Below are positions 23,947 to 32,000 of a DNA stretch of 32,000 bases, piece by piece. The position numbers were made by a program, and so were the translations under genes. Source of the stretch: Novilysobacter ciconiae (GTDB taxonomy: Bacteria; Pseudomonadota; Gammaproteobacteria; Xanthomonadales; Xanthomonadaceae); contig NZ_CP063656.1 of assembly GCF_015209725.1 (NCBI RefSeq), positions 2,483,328-2,515,327 on the forward strand. Reading direction: 5' to 3'. A model generated the notes under the pieces. The model ran no database searches and was not told the origin of the DNA. It worked only from the letters and a program-made list of their open reading frames with translations. Position 1 is the first letter of the stretch. Every line of letters starts with the position of its first letter.

Positions 23947-25470
23947 ATGAAGCGCAAGACCATCTACGTGATACCGCTGCTGGCGGCTCTGGCATTGGCA
24001 TTGCCAGGCTGCGACCGCTCCGGCCCCGCCACCGACAACGCGTCCGCCGGCGCCAGCCAGGACAGGATCGTCGGCTCGCGCAAGGGCGACTTCGGTCCGC
24101 CGCAGGGCGAGCCGGTCAACGCGATCCTGACCAGTCCGCCGATGGTGCCGCCGGCCACCGGGCGCACCGCGCCGGCCAAGGTGATCGTCGAGCTGGACGT
24201 GATCGAGAAGGTCATGCCGATCTCCGAGGGCGTGGACTACACCTTCTGGACCTTCGGCGGCACCGTGCCGGGCAGCTTCATCCGCGTGCGCCAGGGCGAC
24301 ACGGTCGAGTTCCACCTGCGCAACATGCCCGACAGCAAGATGCCCCACAACATCGACCTCCACGGCGTCACCGGTCCGGGCGGCGGCGCCGCATCCAGCT
24401 TCACCGCGCCCGGCCACCGCACCCAGTTCACCTTCAAGGCGCTCAACGCCGGCCTGTTCGTCTACCACTGCGCAACCGCGCCGGTCGGCATGCATATCGC
24501 CAACGGCATGTACGGCATGATCCTGGTCGAGCCGCCGGAGGGCCTGCCCGAGGTCGACCGCGAGTACTACGTGATGCAGGGCGATTTCTACACCACCGGC
24601 AAGTACCGCGAGAAGGGCCTGCAGCCCTTCGACATGGAAAAGGCGATCGACGAGAACCCGACCTACGTCCTGTTCAACGGCTCGGAAGGCTCCACCACCG
24701 GTGACAACTCCCTGACCGCGAAGGTCGGCGAGACCGTGCGCATGTACGTCGGCAACGGCGGCCCCAACCTGGTGTCGAGCTTCCACGTCATCGGCGAGAT
24801 CTTCGACAAGGTCTGGTACGAGGGCGGCACCAACTACCAGGAAAACGTGCAGACCACGCTGATCCCGGCGGGCGGCGCGGCGATGATGGAGTTCCACCTG
24901 GAAGTCCCCGGCAGCTACGTGCTGGTCGACCACAGCATCTTCCGCGCCTTCAACAAGGGCGCGCTGGCGATCCTCAAGGCCGACGGCCCGGAGAACAAGG
25001 CGATCTACTCGGGCCTGGAAGTCGACGAGATGTACATCGGCGATCGCGCCGGCGACAGCCTGGGCGCGGTGGCGGTGGCGGCCAAGGCCGAGGCCAGCGG
25101 CGAGCTGACCGTCGAGGAGCAGATGGCGGCGGGCAAGGAACTGTTCATGGGCACCTGCTCGACCTGCCACCAGGGCAACGGCGAGGGCATGGCCGGCGTG
25201 TTCCCGCCGATCGCGGCCTCGGACTACATCAAGGCCGATCCGAAATCGCTGCCGCGGGTCATCCTGCACGGCCTGCAGGGCAAGGTCACCGTCAACGGCG
25301 AGGACTACGACTCGATCATGCCGCCGATGAATCAGCTCACCGACGACGAGGTGGCCAACATCTCCACCTACGTGCTCAACAGCTGGAACAATCCGGGCGG
25401 CAAGATCAGCAAGGAAGAGGTTGCCGAAATCCGCAAGCAGAAGCCGGCCAACGCCTCGGCGGGCCACTGA
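23947..25470 (+). CDS. nirK: copper-containing nitrite reductase with a C-terminal class I cytochrome c domain (three-domain NirK); possible lipoprotein
   Basis: The track ORF starts too early. ATG at 23947 gives [22 protein letters not shown] (lipobox-like LPGC). Type-1/type-2 Cu ligand motifs [10 protein letters not shown] and [18 protein letters not shown]. About 110 extra C-terminal residues carry the heme-c motif CSTCHQ and a distal IMPPM. Confidence 0.92.
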   Translation: MKRKTIYVIPLLAALALALPGCDRSGPATDNASAGASQDRIVGSRKGDFGPPQGEPVNAILTSPPMVPPATGRTAPAKVIVELDVIEKVMPISEGVDYTFWTFGGTVPGSFIRVRQGDTVEFHLRNMPDSKMPHNIDLHGVTGPGGGAASSFTAPGHRTQFTFKALNAGLFVYHCATAPVGMHIANGMYGMILVEPPEGLPEVDREYYVMQGDFYTTGKYREKGLQPFDMEKAIDENPTYVLFNGSEGSTTGDNSLTAKVGETVRMYVGNGGPNLVSSFHVIGEIFDKVWYEGGTNYQENVQTTLIPAGGAAMMEFHLEVPGSYVLVDHSIFRAFNKGALAILKADGPENKAIYSGLEVDEMYIGDRAGDSLGAVAVAAKAEASGELTVEEQMAAGKELFMGTCSTCHQGNGEGMAGVFPPIAASDYIKADPKSLPRVILHGLQGKVTVNGEDYDSIMPPMNQLTDDEVANISTYVLNSWNNPGGKISKEEVAEIRKQKPANASAGH

Positions 25471-25471
25471 C

Positions 25472-26248
25472 GTGATCCGCGTGATCGCCGCCGCGGTACT
25501 GGTGGCCAGCCCCTTCGTCGGCGCGCTCGCCGGCGAAGGGAGCTACCTGCCGATACCCTCCGGCCGGTTTGCCAGCGCGCTGAACTACGAAGACGCGCCC
25601 GGCAAACAGCCGGTCGCGGCCTACTCGATGATGCGCACCCCCGTCACCAACGCCGAGTACCTGGCGTTCGTGAAGGCCAACCCGAAGTGGCAGCGCGGCC
25701 GCGCCCCGACCGTCATGGCCGAGAAGCGCTACCTCTCGCACTGGGTCGGTCCGCTGGAGCTGGGCGATACCGCCAAGCCGGACCAGCCTGTGGTGCAGGT
25801 CAGCTGGTTCGCCGCCGATGCCTACTGCGCGGCCCAGGGCGCGCGCCTGCCGACGTGGACGGAGTGGGAGTACGCCGCGGCCGCCGATGAGACGCGGCGC
25901 GACGCCCGCAGCGACCGCATCTGGCGCGAGCGCATCCTGCGCTGGTACTCGCGTCCCTCCAACACCGCCCTGCCCCGCGCCGGCCTGCAACCGGCCAACG
26001 TCTACCGCGTGCAGGACCTGCACGGGCTGGTCTGGGAGTGGACCGAGGATTTCTCATCGATGCTGATGGACGCCGACAACCGCAACCAGGGCGACGCTGA
26101 CAACGCGCGCTTCTGCGGCGCCGGCGCGCTGTCCATGAACGACCGTGACAACTACGCGGTACTGATGCGCGTGGCGATGCTGTCCTCGCTCAGCGCCGAG
26201 GCGACCACCGCCAACCTGGGTTTCCGCTGCGTCAAGGACACACCATGA
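25472..26248 (+). CDS. nirV: NirV-type FGE-sulfatase (SUMF1) domain protein
   Basis: GTG at 25472, 1 nt after the nirK stop, gives the signal-like VIRVIAAAVLVASPFVGALA. The alternative TTG at 25421 would add an RR-containing N-region. FGE-family motifs PVVQVSWFAADAYCAAQGARLPTWTEWEYAA and GLVWEWTEDF. Its position downstream of nirK matches known nirK-nirV pairs. Confidence 0.8.
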   Translation: MIRVIAAAVLVASPFVGALAGEGSYLPIPSGRFASALNYEDAPGKQPVAAYSMMRTPVTNAEYLAFVKANPKWQRGRAPTVMAEKRYLSHWVGPLELGDTAKPDQPVVQVSWFAADAYCAAQGARLPTWTEWEYAAAADETRRDARSDRIWRERILRWYSRPSNTALPRAGLQPANVYRVQDLHGLVWEWTEDFSSMLMDADNRNQGDADNARFCGAGALSMNDRDNYAVLMRVAMLSSLSAEATTANLGFRCVKDTP

Positions 26249-26847
26249 AATCACTGGCCCTTTCCATCGTGCTTGCCGTGCTCGCTGGCGCTACGGTGGT
26301 GACCCCTGATGCGGCCTTTGCCGCCCCACCCGCTGCGCAGAAGGCGCCCCTGCCCGGCAATTCGGTCTACCAGCTGGACGTGCAACTGACCGACCAGGCC
26401 GGCCGCACCAGCGCGTGGCGCGACAGGCGCGGCAAGCCCCAGCTCGTGTCGATGTTCTACACCTCCTGCCAGTACATCTGCCCGCTGATCATCGACAGCG
26501 GAAAGGCGGTGCAGAAGCAGCTCAGCGACGCGGAGCGCGCTCGGCTCGGCATCACCCTGATCAGCATGGACCCGGCCCGGGACACACCGCAGGCGCTCGC
26601 CAAGGTCGCTACCCAGCGCAAGCTCGATCCGGCGCAGTGGACCCTGGCCAGTCCGGCGGCCGAGGACGTGCGATCGGTGGCCGGCGTGCTCAACATCCGC
26701 TACCGCGCGCTGGCCGACGGCGAGTTCAACCACACCAGCGCCCTGGTCCTGCTCGATGGAGAAGGCCGGATCCTGGCGCGTACCGAGAAGATGGGCAGCA
26801 AGCCGGACCCCGAGTTCGTCGAGGCAGTGCGCAAGGCCCTCAGGTAA
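26245..26847 (+). CDS. senC: SCO1/SenC-family periplasmic copper chaperone / thiol-disulfide protein
   Basis: 200 aa. Signal peptide, CQYIC (CxxxC) motif, a downstream conserved His (FNHTSALVLLD), thioredoxin-like length. The ATG overlaps the nirV stop (ATGA at 26245-26248). Confidence 0.85.
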   Translation: MKSLALSIVLAVLAGATVVTPDAAFAAPPAAQKAPLPGNSVYQLDVQLTDQAGRTSAWRDRRGKPQLVSMFYTSCQYICPLIIDSGKAVQKQLSDAERARLGITLISMDPARDTPQALAKVATQRKLDPAQWTLASPAAEDVRSVAGVLNIRYRALADGEFNHTSALVLLDGEGRILARTEKMGSKPDPEFVEAVRKALR

Positions 26848-26852
26848 ACCCC

Positions 26853-26881
26853 GCGCCACCCGGGCCCGCCGCGGGTGGCGC
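26853..26881 (+). terminator. hairpin terminator after senC
   Basis: GCGCCACCCG (26853-26862) pairs perfectly with CGGGTGGCGC (26872-26881) across a 9-nt loop, followed by CTATTTC. It starts 6 nt after the TAA stop. Confidence 0.6.
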
Positions 26882-27157
26882 CTATTTCGCCACAGCCCGC
26901 CGCCGCGCGGGGTGCGCGAGGCTGCGCTTCCTCTGCGCGATCATCTACAATGTCCGTACCTGGCCGCGCGCAGCGCTGGTCTCCAGCGGCGGCAGGAAGG
27001 CGGGCAGTCAACGCGCCCAGCCGGTCCATCACGGCGATGCGGTATGCGTTCCTCCGTGCTGATGCCGGTGCGCGCCAAGACGTGCCACGGACTCATCGGA
27101 AAGTGGTCGGCCCCGGCATCCCGCAGGCACCCCTACCACCGACCACACCCCACCGGA

Positions 27158-27171
27158 TTGATCCAGATCAA
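27158..27171 (+). promoter_or_regulatory. perfect FNR box upstream of ccoN
   Basis: TTGATCCAGATCAA (10/10). -10-like GAAAAT at 27194-27199 (32 nt centre-to-centre). ccoN ATG at 27228, preceded by GAAGG. Confidence 0.75.
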
Positions 27172-27227
27172 GTACCCGACAGCTTGCATTCGGGAAAATA
27201 GGTGCTAACGCAAATGAAGGTCCATTC

Positions 27228-28721
27228 ATGACTGTGCATCACGATGCCATGGCAAGGCCGGGCGCTCCCGGCGTGCCCGAGGCTGCCGCTCCGCGCGGCT
27301 ACTACAACGACAAGGTGGTTCACCAGTTCGTGGTGGCGACAATGTTCTGGGGCATCGTGGGCATGGCGGTCGGCGTGTTCATCGCCGCCCAGCTGTACTG
27401 GCCGGCGCTCAACTTCGACACGCCCTGGCTCAGCTACGGCCGGCTGCGTCCGCTGCACACCAACGGGGTGATCTTCGCCTTCGGCGGCTCGGTGCTGTTT
27501 GCCACCAGCCTCTACGTGGTCCAGCGCACGTGCCATGTGCGCCTGCTGTCGGACAGGCTCGCCAGCTTCGTCTTCTGGGGCTGGCAGCTGGCCATGGTCA
27601 GCGCGGTGATCACCCTGCCGCTGGGCATCACCCAGAGCAAGGAATACGCCGAGCTGGAATGGCCGATCGACATCCTGATCGCGGTCGTCTGGGTGGCGTA
27701 CGGCTGGCTGTTCTTCGGCACCATCGCCAAGCGCAGGGTCAAGCACATCTATGTCGCCAACTGGTTCTACGGCGCCTACATCATCGGCGTGTGCATGCTG
27801 CACATCGTCAACAACCTGGCCATGCCGGCCGGGCTGTTCAAGTCCTACTCACTCTACACCGGCGCCGTGGATGCGATGGCGCAGTGGTGGTACGGGCACA
27901 ACGCGGTGGCCTTCCTGCTGACCGTGGGCTACCTGGCGATGATGTACTACTTTGTCCCCAAGCAGGCCCAGCGCCCGATCTACTCCTACCGCCTGTCGAT
28001 CGTGCACTTCTGGGCGCTGATCTCGGTCTACATGTGGGCCGGCCCGCACCATCTGCACTACACCGCCCTGCCCGACTGGGCGCAGTCGGTGGGCATGGTG
28101 TTCTCGGTGATCCTGCTGGCTCCCAGCTGGGGCGGCGCGATGAACGGCATCCTGACCCTGTCTGGCGTGTGGCACAAACTGCGCACCGACCCGATCCTCA
28201 AGTTCCTCATCGTCGCCATCAGCTTCTACATGATCGCGACCTTTGAAGGCCCGCTGCTGTCGATCAAGACCGTCAACTCGCTCAGCCACTACACCGACTG
28301 GACCGTGGGCCACGTCCACGCCGGCACCCTGGGCTGGGTGGCGATGATCTCCTTCGGCTCGCTGTACTCGCTGTATCCGCGCCTGATCGGTGCCAAGGAA
28401 ATGTTCTCGATCAAGTGGATCGACGCGCACTTCTGGCTGCACACCATCGGCGTGGTGTTCTACATCGCCTCGATGTGGATCGCCGGGATCACCCAGGGCC
28501 TGATGTGGCGGGCGACCAACGCCGACGGCACGCTGACCTACAGCTTCGTCGAGTCGCTGGCCGTCACCTACCCCTACTACCTGGGCCGCCTGCTGGGCGG
28601 GGTGATGGTGCTGGCGGGCGTCTGCCTGATGTCATGGAACATGTGGCGTACGCGCCAGAGCGTGCAGGTTCCTGCTGCACACCCGGTACTGCCGCCGCAT
28701 GCGGCCGAGGCACAGGGCTGA
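27228..28721 (+). CDS. ccoN: cbb3-type cytochrome c oxidase subunit I
   Basis: 497 aa, polytopic. [56 protein letters not shown] are typical CcoN/FixN features. Confidence 0.95.
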   Translation: MTVHHDAMARPGAPGVPEAAAPRGYYNDKVVHQFVVATMFWGIVGMAVGVFIAAQLYWPALNFDTPWLSYGRLRPLHTNGVIFAFGGSVLFATSLYVVQRTCHVRLLSDRLASFVFWGWQLAMVSAVITLPLGITQSKEYAELEWPIDILIAVVWVAYGWLFFGTIAKRRVKHIYVANWFYGAYIIGVCMLHIVNNLAMPAGLFKSYSLYTGAVDAMAQWWYGHNAVAFLLTVGYLAMMYYFVPKQAQRPIYSYRLSIVHFWALISVYMWAGPHHLHYTALPDWAQSVGMVFSVILLAPSWGGAMNGILTLSGVWHKLRTDPILKFLIVAISFYMIATFEGPLLSIKTVNSLSHYTDWTVGHVHAGTLGWVAMISFGSLYSLYPRLIGAKEMFSIKWIDAHFWLHTIGVVFYIASMWIAGITQGLMWRATNADGTLTYSFVESLAVTYPYYLGRLLGGVMVLAGVCLMSWNMWRTRQSVQVPAAHPVLPPHAAEAQG

Positions 28722-28731
28722 GGACGAAAAG

Positions 28732-29346
28732 ATGGCTATCGGACACGAAAAAATCGAGAAAAACGTCGGCCTGCTCGCGGTGCTGGTCGCCGTGGCGGTC
28801 TCGCTTGGAGGATTGGCGGAGATCGTGCCGCTGATGTACCAGGCCGAGGCGATCGAGCCGCTGCCCGGCGTGAAGCCCTACCCGGCGCTGCAACTGGCCG
28901 GGCGCGACGTGTACGTGCGCGAGGGTTGCTACAACTGCCACTCGCAGATGATCCGCACGCTGCGCTTCGAGACCGAGCGTTATGGGCACTACTCCCTGGC
29001 CGGCGAGTCGGTCTACGACCGCCCGTTCCAGTGGGGTTCCAAGCGCACCGGGCCGGACCTGGCCCGGATCGGCGGGCGCTACTCCGACGACTGGCACCGC
29101 GTGCACATGGTCGACCCGCGCGCGCTGGTGCCCGAGTCGAACATGCCGGCCTTCCCGTGGCTGGCGAAGAACGAGGTCAGCGGCGCCAAGATCACCCGGC
29201 ACATGAAGGCGCTGCAGCGTCTGGGCGACCCGTACACCGACGAGGAAGTCGCCAGCGCCGCCGAGGACGTCGCCGGCAAGACCGAACTGGACGCCGTTGT
29301 CGCCTACCTGCAGGGCCTCGGCCTGCATGCGCCGCGCGGAGGTTGA
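28732..29346 (+). CDS. ccoO: cbb3-type cytochrome c oxidase subunit II (monoheme)
   Basis: ATG at 28732, with AGGA 7 nt upstream, gives [18 protein letters not shown]... Heme motif [10 protein letters not shown] and [16 protein letters not shown]. Confidence 0.93.
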   Translation: MAIGHEKIEKNVGLLAVLVAVAVSLGGLAEIVPLMYQAEAIEPLPGVKPYPALQLAGRDVYVREGCYNCHSQMIRTLRFETERYGHYSLAGESVYDRPFQWGSKRTGPDLARIGGRYSDDWHRVHMVDPRALVPESNMPAFPWLAKNEVSGAKITRHMKALQRLGDPYTDEEVASAAEDVAGKTELDAVVAYLQGLGLHAPRGG

Positions 29347-29349
29347 GCC

Positions 29350-29523
29350 ATGCTTTCCGGATTCATCACCGTCTTCCTGATGCTGGTCTTCATCGGCGTC
29401 TGGATCTGGGCCTGGCGCCCGGAGAACAAGGCGTCGTTTGAGGAGACCGCCCGCCTCGCCCTCGAGGACGAACCGGACGACCTTGGCGTCGCTGCCCACC
29501 ATGCAAGGAAACAGGACGCATGA
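29350..29523 (+). CDS. ccoQ: cbb3-type oxidase small subunit CcoQ/FixQ (57 aa; below the ORF-track size cut-off)
   Basis: My own translation: MLSGFITVFLMLVFIGVWIWAWRPENKASFEETARLALEDEPDDLGVAAHHARKQDA. It has a single TM helix followed by a ...F.E.ARL.L.D tail. It starts 3 nt after ccoO, and its stop overlaps the ccoP ATG (ATGA at 29520-29523). Confidence 0.8.
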   Translation: MLSGFITVFLMLVFIGVWIWAWRPENKASFEETARLALEDEPDDLGVAAHHARKQDA

Positions 29524-30446
29524 GCACCAGTTGGTCGTGGTATGTCATTGCCCTGGCGGCACTCAACCTGATCGGTATCGCGTGGCTGCTGTGGTGGACC
29601 TCCAAGCGCCGCCCCGGCGACCCCAAGCCCGAGGAAACCAGCCACTACTGGGACGAGGACATCACCGAGTACAACAAGCCGATGCCGCGCTGGTGGATCC
29701 AGGGCTTCTACATCAGCCTGGTGTTCGGTCTGGCCTACTTCTTCTGGTATGGCGGCCTGGGCAAGTACCCCGGCTTCAGCGGCTGGAGCTCGGCCCAGGA
29801 ACACGCCCAGGACAAGGCCGTCTGGGACGAGACCCTGGCCGAAACCTTCCGTCCCTACGAGGGCCAGCCGATCGACCAGCTTGCCGGTGATCCGGTCGCG
29901 CTCAACCTGGGCCGCTCGATCTTCGCCAACACCTGCGCGACCTGCCACGGCTCCTCCGCGCAGGGCGCCATCGGCTACCCGAACCTGACCGACGACATCT
30001 GGCACTGGGGCGGCGAGCCGGAGACCATCCTGGAGACCATCCTGGACGGCCGCGAAGGCGTGATGCCCGAGTGGGGCAAGGTGCTGACCGGCATGGGCGG
30101 CGAGAACGCGGTCGATTACGTGATCGCCTATGTCCGCGCGCTCGGCACCGCCGACCAGTCAACCCGCAACGACTTCATGGCCGCGCGCGGCAAGAAGCTC
30201 TACGACGGTGTCTGCGTCGCCTGCCACGGGGTCGAGGGCAAGGGCAACCAGGCCCTCGGCGCGCCCGATTTGACCGACGACTACTGGATGTACGGCGACA
30301 GCAAGGAAAGCCTGTACGAGACGATTGCGAACGGGCGCCATGGCGTGATGCCGGCGCACCGTGACCTGCTGGGCGAGACCCGCACGCGTCTGGTCGCTGC
30401 CTACGTGTGGTCGTTGTCCAACAAGCCGGCGGCGACCGCGCCATGA
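29520..30446 (+). CDS. ccoP: cbb3-type cytochrome c oxidase subunit III (diheme)
   Basis: 308 aa. N-terminal TM anchor and two heme-c motifs, CATCHG and CVACHG. Confidence 0.93.
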   Translation: MSTSWSWYVIALAALNLIGIAWLLWWTSKRRPGDPKPEETSHYWDEDITEYNKPMPRWWIQGFYISLVFGLAYFFWYGGLGKYPGFSGWSSAQEHAQDKAVWDETLAETFRPYEGQPIDQLAGDPVALNLGRSIFANTCATCHGSSAQGAIGYPNLTDDIWHWGGEPETILETILDGREGVMPEWGKVLTGMGGENAVDYVIAYVRALGTADQSTRNDFMAARGKKLYDGVCVACHGVEGKGNQALGAPDLTDDYWMYGDSKESLYETIANGRHGVMPAHRDLLGETRTRLVAAYVWSLSNKPAATAP

Positions 30447-30742
30447 GCCGGTACGCGCAGCCCACGCCGATGGACCACCCGCCACGCCCGATGGCGCAGC
30501 GGGTGGGGGCGATCCTGTGGCCGAGCTTTTTCGCCGCCGGAGTCGCCACGATGGTGTTTTTCGCCCTCGTCGATCCCCTGCAGCTGCGCGACATGACCTT
30601 TCCGGAGGTGTCCATCACCTCCGGGCTGGGTTACACGATCGGCTTCTTCATGTTCTGGCTGGCGACCGCGTCGTCAAGCCTCTTCACCTGGCTGCTGCTG
30701 CGGCCGGCAAGCCGGTTCAACCAGTCGTTACCCCCGAAGTAA
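30443..30742 (+). CDS. small two-TM membrane protein of unknown function, translationally coupled to ccoP
   Basis: ATG at 30443 overlaps the ccoP stop (ATGA at 30443-30446). 99 aa: MSRYAQPTPMDHPPRPMAQRVGAILWPSFFAAGVATMVFFALV...LGYTIGFFMFWLATASSSLFTWLLL. The track's 30407 start is an upstream alternative in the same frame. Confidence 0.6.
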   Translation: MSRYAQPTPMDHPPRPMAQRVGAILWPSFFAAGVATMVFFALVDPLQLRDMTFPEVSITSGLGYTIGFFMFWLATASSSLFTWLLLRPASRFNQSLPPK

Positions 30743-30763
30743 ATCCAATACAGGCAGTCTGCG

Positions 30764-32000
30764 GTGAGCAAGAAAATCGACATCGACCTCCTTGACGACG
30801 GCAGCGGAAGCTCCGTCTACGTCAAGGAGCGGAAGGTCTATCCGCGCGATGTCACCGGCCGGTTCGACCGCCTGCGCAAGGCCGCGGTGTTCTGGCTGCT
30901 GGGCATGTACTACGTGTTTCCGTGGCTGCAGTGGGACGGCCACCAGGCGGTCCTGTTCGACCTGCCGGCGCGCAAGTTCTACGTCTTCGGGCTGACCTTC
31001 TGGCCGCAGGATTTCACCTTCCTGGCGATGCTGCTGATCATCCTGGCGATGGTGCTGTTCTTCGTCACCGCCCTGGCCGGACGCATCTGGTGCGGCTACG
31101 CCTGCCCGCAAACCGTCTGGACCGAGGTGTTCCTGTGGATGGAGCGCTGGACCGAGGGCGACCGCGCCAAGCGCATGAAGCTTGATGCCGGGCCGTGGAA
31201 CCGCAACAAGATCCTGCGCAAGGGCAGCAAGCACGCCCTGTGGATCGTGTTCGCGCTGTGGACCGGCTTCACCTTCGTCGGCTTCTTCACCCCGATCGTC
31301 AGCCTCGGCCAGCGCATCTGGCCGTTTGGCTGGAACGGCTGGGAGACCTTCTGGGTGTTTTTCTACGCCCTGGCCACGCTGGGCAACGCCGGCTTCCTGC
31401 GCGAGCAGGTGTGCCGCTACATGTGCCCGTACGCGCGCTTCCAGAGCGCGATGTTCGACCGCGACACGCTGATCATCGCCTACGACCCGATGCGCGGCGA
31501 GCCGCGGGGCCCGCGACGCCGTGGCCTGGGCGACGTGGTCTCGCGCGGCCGCGGGCTGCTCGACAAGGTGCTGGCCTATGAGCTGGTGTTCCGCGCCAGT
31601 GGCCACGACGCCGCCGGCAACGCCATGGAAGTGGCGCGCGCCGATGCCGGGCTGCCCAACGACGCGGAATTTGGCGCCAGCCTGGAGGTCGCCCTGCCGC
31701 GTCCGGATCCCGAGCTGGCCGGCGACTGCATCGATTGCACCCTGTGCGTGCAGGTCTGCCCTACCGGCATCGATATCCGCAACGGCCTGCAGTACGACTG
31801 CATCGCCTGCGGTGCCTGCGTCGATGTGTGCGACGAGGTGATGGACAAGATGGGCTACCCGCGAGGCCTGATCCGCTACTCCACCCAGAACGCGATCGAT
31901 GGCAAGCCGGCCCGCGTGCTGCGCCCGCGCGTGCTCATCTACGCAACGCTGCTGGTGGTCCTGGTCGGTGCCTGGGCGTGGGGCATCGCCGCGCGCAGTC
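30764..32000 (+). CDS. ccoG: cbb3 oxidase assembly ferredoxin-like membrane protein CcoG/FixG (3' end beyond the right edge)
   Basis: Absent from the track because there is no stop inside the window. My translation from GTG 30764: VSKKIDIDLL...VYVKERKVYPRDVTGRFDRLRKAAVFW...GRIWCGYACPQTVWTE...CRYMCPYARFQSAMFD...GDCIDCTLCVQVCPTGIDIRNGLQYDCIACGACVDVCD. These are the FixG Cys motifs. Confidence 0.88.
   Translation, partial: MSKKIDIDLLDDGSGSSVYVKERKVYPRDVTGRFDRLRKAAVFWLLGMYYVFPWLQWDGHQAVLFDLPARKFYVFGLTFWPQDFTFLAMLLIILAMVLFFVTALAGRIWCGYACPQTVWTEVFLWMERWTEGDRAKRMKLDAGPWNRNKILRKGSKHALWIVFALWTGFTFVGFFTPIVSLGQRIWPFGWNGWETFWVFFYALATLGNAGFLREQVCRYMCPYARFQSAMFDRDTLIIAYDPMRGEPRGPRRRGLGDVVSRGRGLLDKVLAYELVFRASGHDAAGNAMEVARADAGLPNDAEFGASLEVALPRPDPELAGDCIDCTLCVQVCPTGIDIRNGLQYDCIACGACVDVCDEVMDKMGYPRGLIRYSTQNAIDGKPARVLRPRVLIYATLLVVLVGAWAWGIAARS

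Noticed and set aside
11291-25467. Other long antisense ORFs: 11291-12982, 13843-15711, 17910-19940, 19859-21064 and 23917-25467 on the minus strand; also 7-855 and 916-2025 on the plus strand
   Set aside because: Each overlaps a gene on the opposite strand that has unambiguous family motifs (hemN, norB, decarboxylase, CysK-like, nirK, trpE, histidine kinase). Their translations are Arg/Gly/Ala/Pro-rich with no domain signatures, the usual high-GC shadow ORFs.
26941-27096. 51-aa minus-strand ORF (MSPWHVLARTGISTEER...) in the 380-bp senC-ccoN spacer; also checked this spacer for an sRNA
   Set aside because: No SD, Arg/Cys/Pro-rich tail, no motif, and no promoter/terminator pair that would define an sRNA. 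Expression data would be needed.
31480-31730. The CcoG segment between RGEPRG and the first GDCIDCxxCxxxCP cluster seems longer than I remember for FixG/CcoG, suggesting a possible insertion
   Set aside because: This rests only on memory of typical CcoG spacing. It cannot be judged without an alignment, so it is not reported as a finding.
1-32000. Search for mobile elements, CRISPR arrays, tRNA/rRNA genes and defence-system-like genes
   Set aside because: I found no transposase, integrase or recombinase-like ORFs, no terminal inverted repeats, no regularly spaced short repeats outside the adhesin gene, and no tRNA-like T-arm (GGTTCGAATCC-type) sequences in the intergenic regions.

Overview
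The window is high-GC (roughly two-thirds G+C by eye), gene-dense bacterial chromosome. Gene content and order (hemN-fnr next to ccoNOQP-ccoG, XadA-like adhesin) suggest a Xanthomonadales/Lysobacterales-type or Pseudomonas-like Gammaproteobacterium; this is inference only. All family assignments come from motif recognition, since no database search was possible.

The window has two parts.

(1) Positions 1-11130, all on the minus strand:
- trpE (5' part)
- a membrane sensor histidine kinase
- a TpgA-like OmpA_C/BamE-like periplasmic protein
- a 2014-aa trimeric autotransporter adhesin (TAA) with strong internal repeats
- an OmpR-family response regulator

(2) Positions 11281-32000, a low-oxygen / nitrogen-oxide respiration island:
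- hemN and fnr
- quinol-type nitric oxide reductase (norB)
- an nnrS-sirB operon carrying two uncharacterised PLP enzymes (TyrDC-like decarboxylase and CysK-like enzyme)
- a convergent fabA-fabB plus His-rich secreted protein unit
- nirK (with a fused cytochrome c domain)-nirV-senC
- ccoN-ccoO-ccoQ-ccoP, a small membrane ORF, and ccoG (runs off the right edge)

Six FNR-type palindromes (TTGAT-N4-ATCAA class) lie upstream of hemN, norB, nnrS, fabA, nirK and ccoN. A -10-like hexamer sits at a nearly constant hand-counted distance from each box.

I found no rRNA, tRNA, CRISPR array, transposase or integrase. The many long ORFs antisense to these genes look like high-GC artefacts.

The most novel-looking items are:
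- the nnrS-linked two-PLP-enzyme cassette
- the two-component system split around the adhesin/TpgA pair
- an FNR box on fabAB
- predicted leaderless hemN and nnrS transcripts
- a small membrane ORF translationally coupled to ccoP
- a His-rich secreted protein
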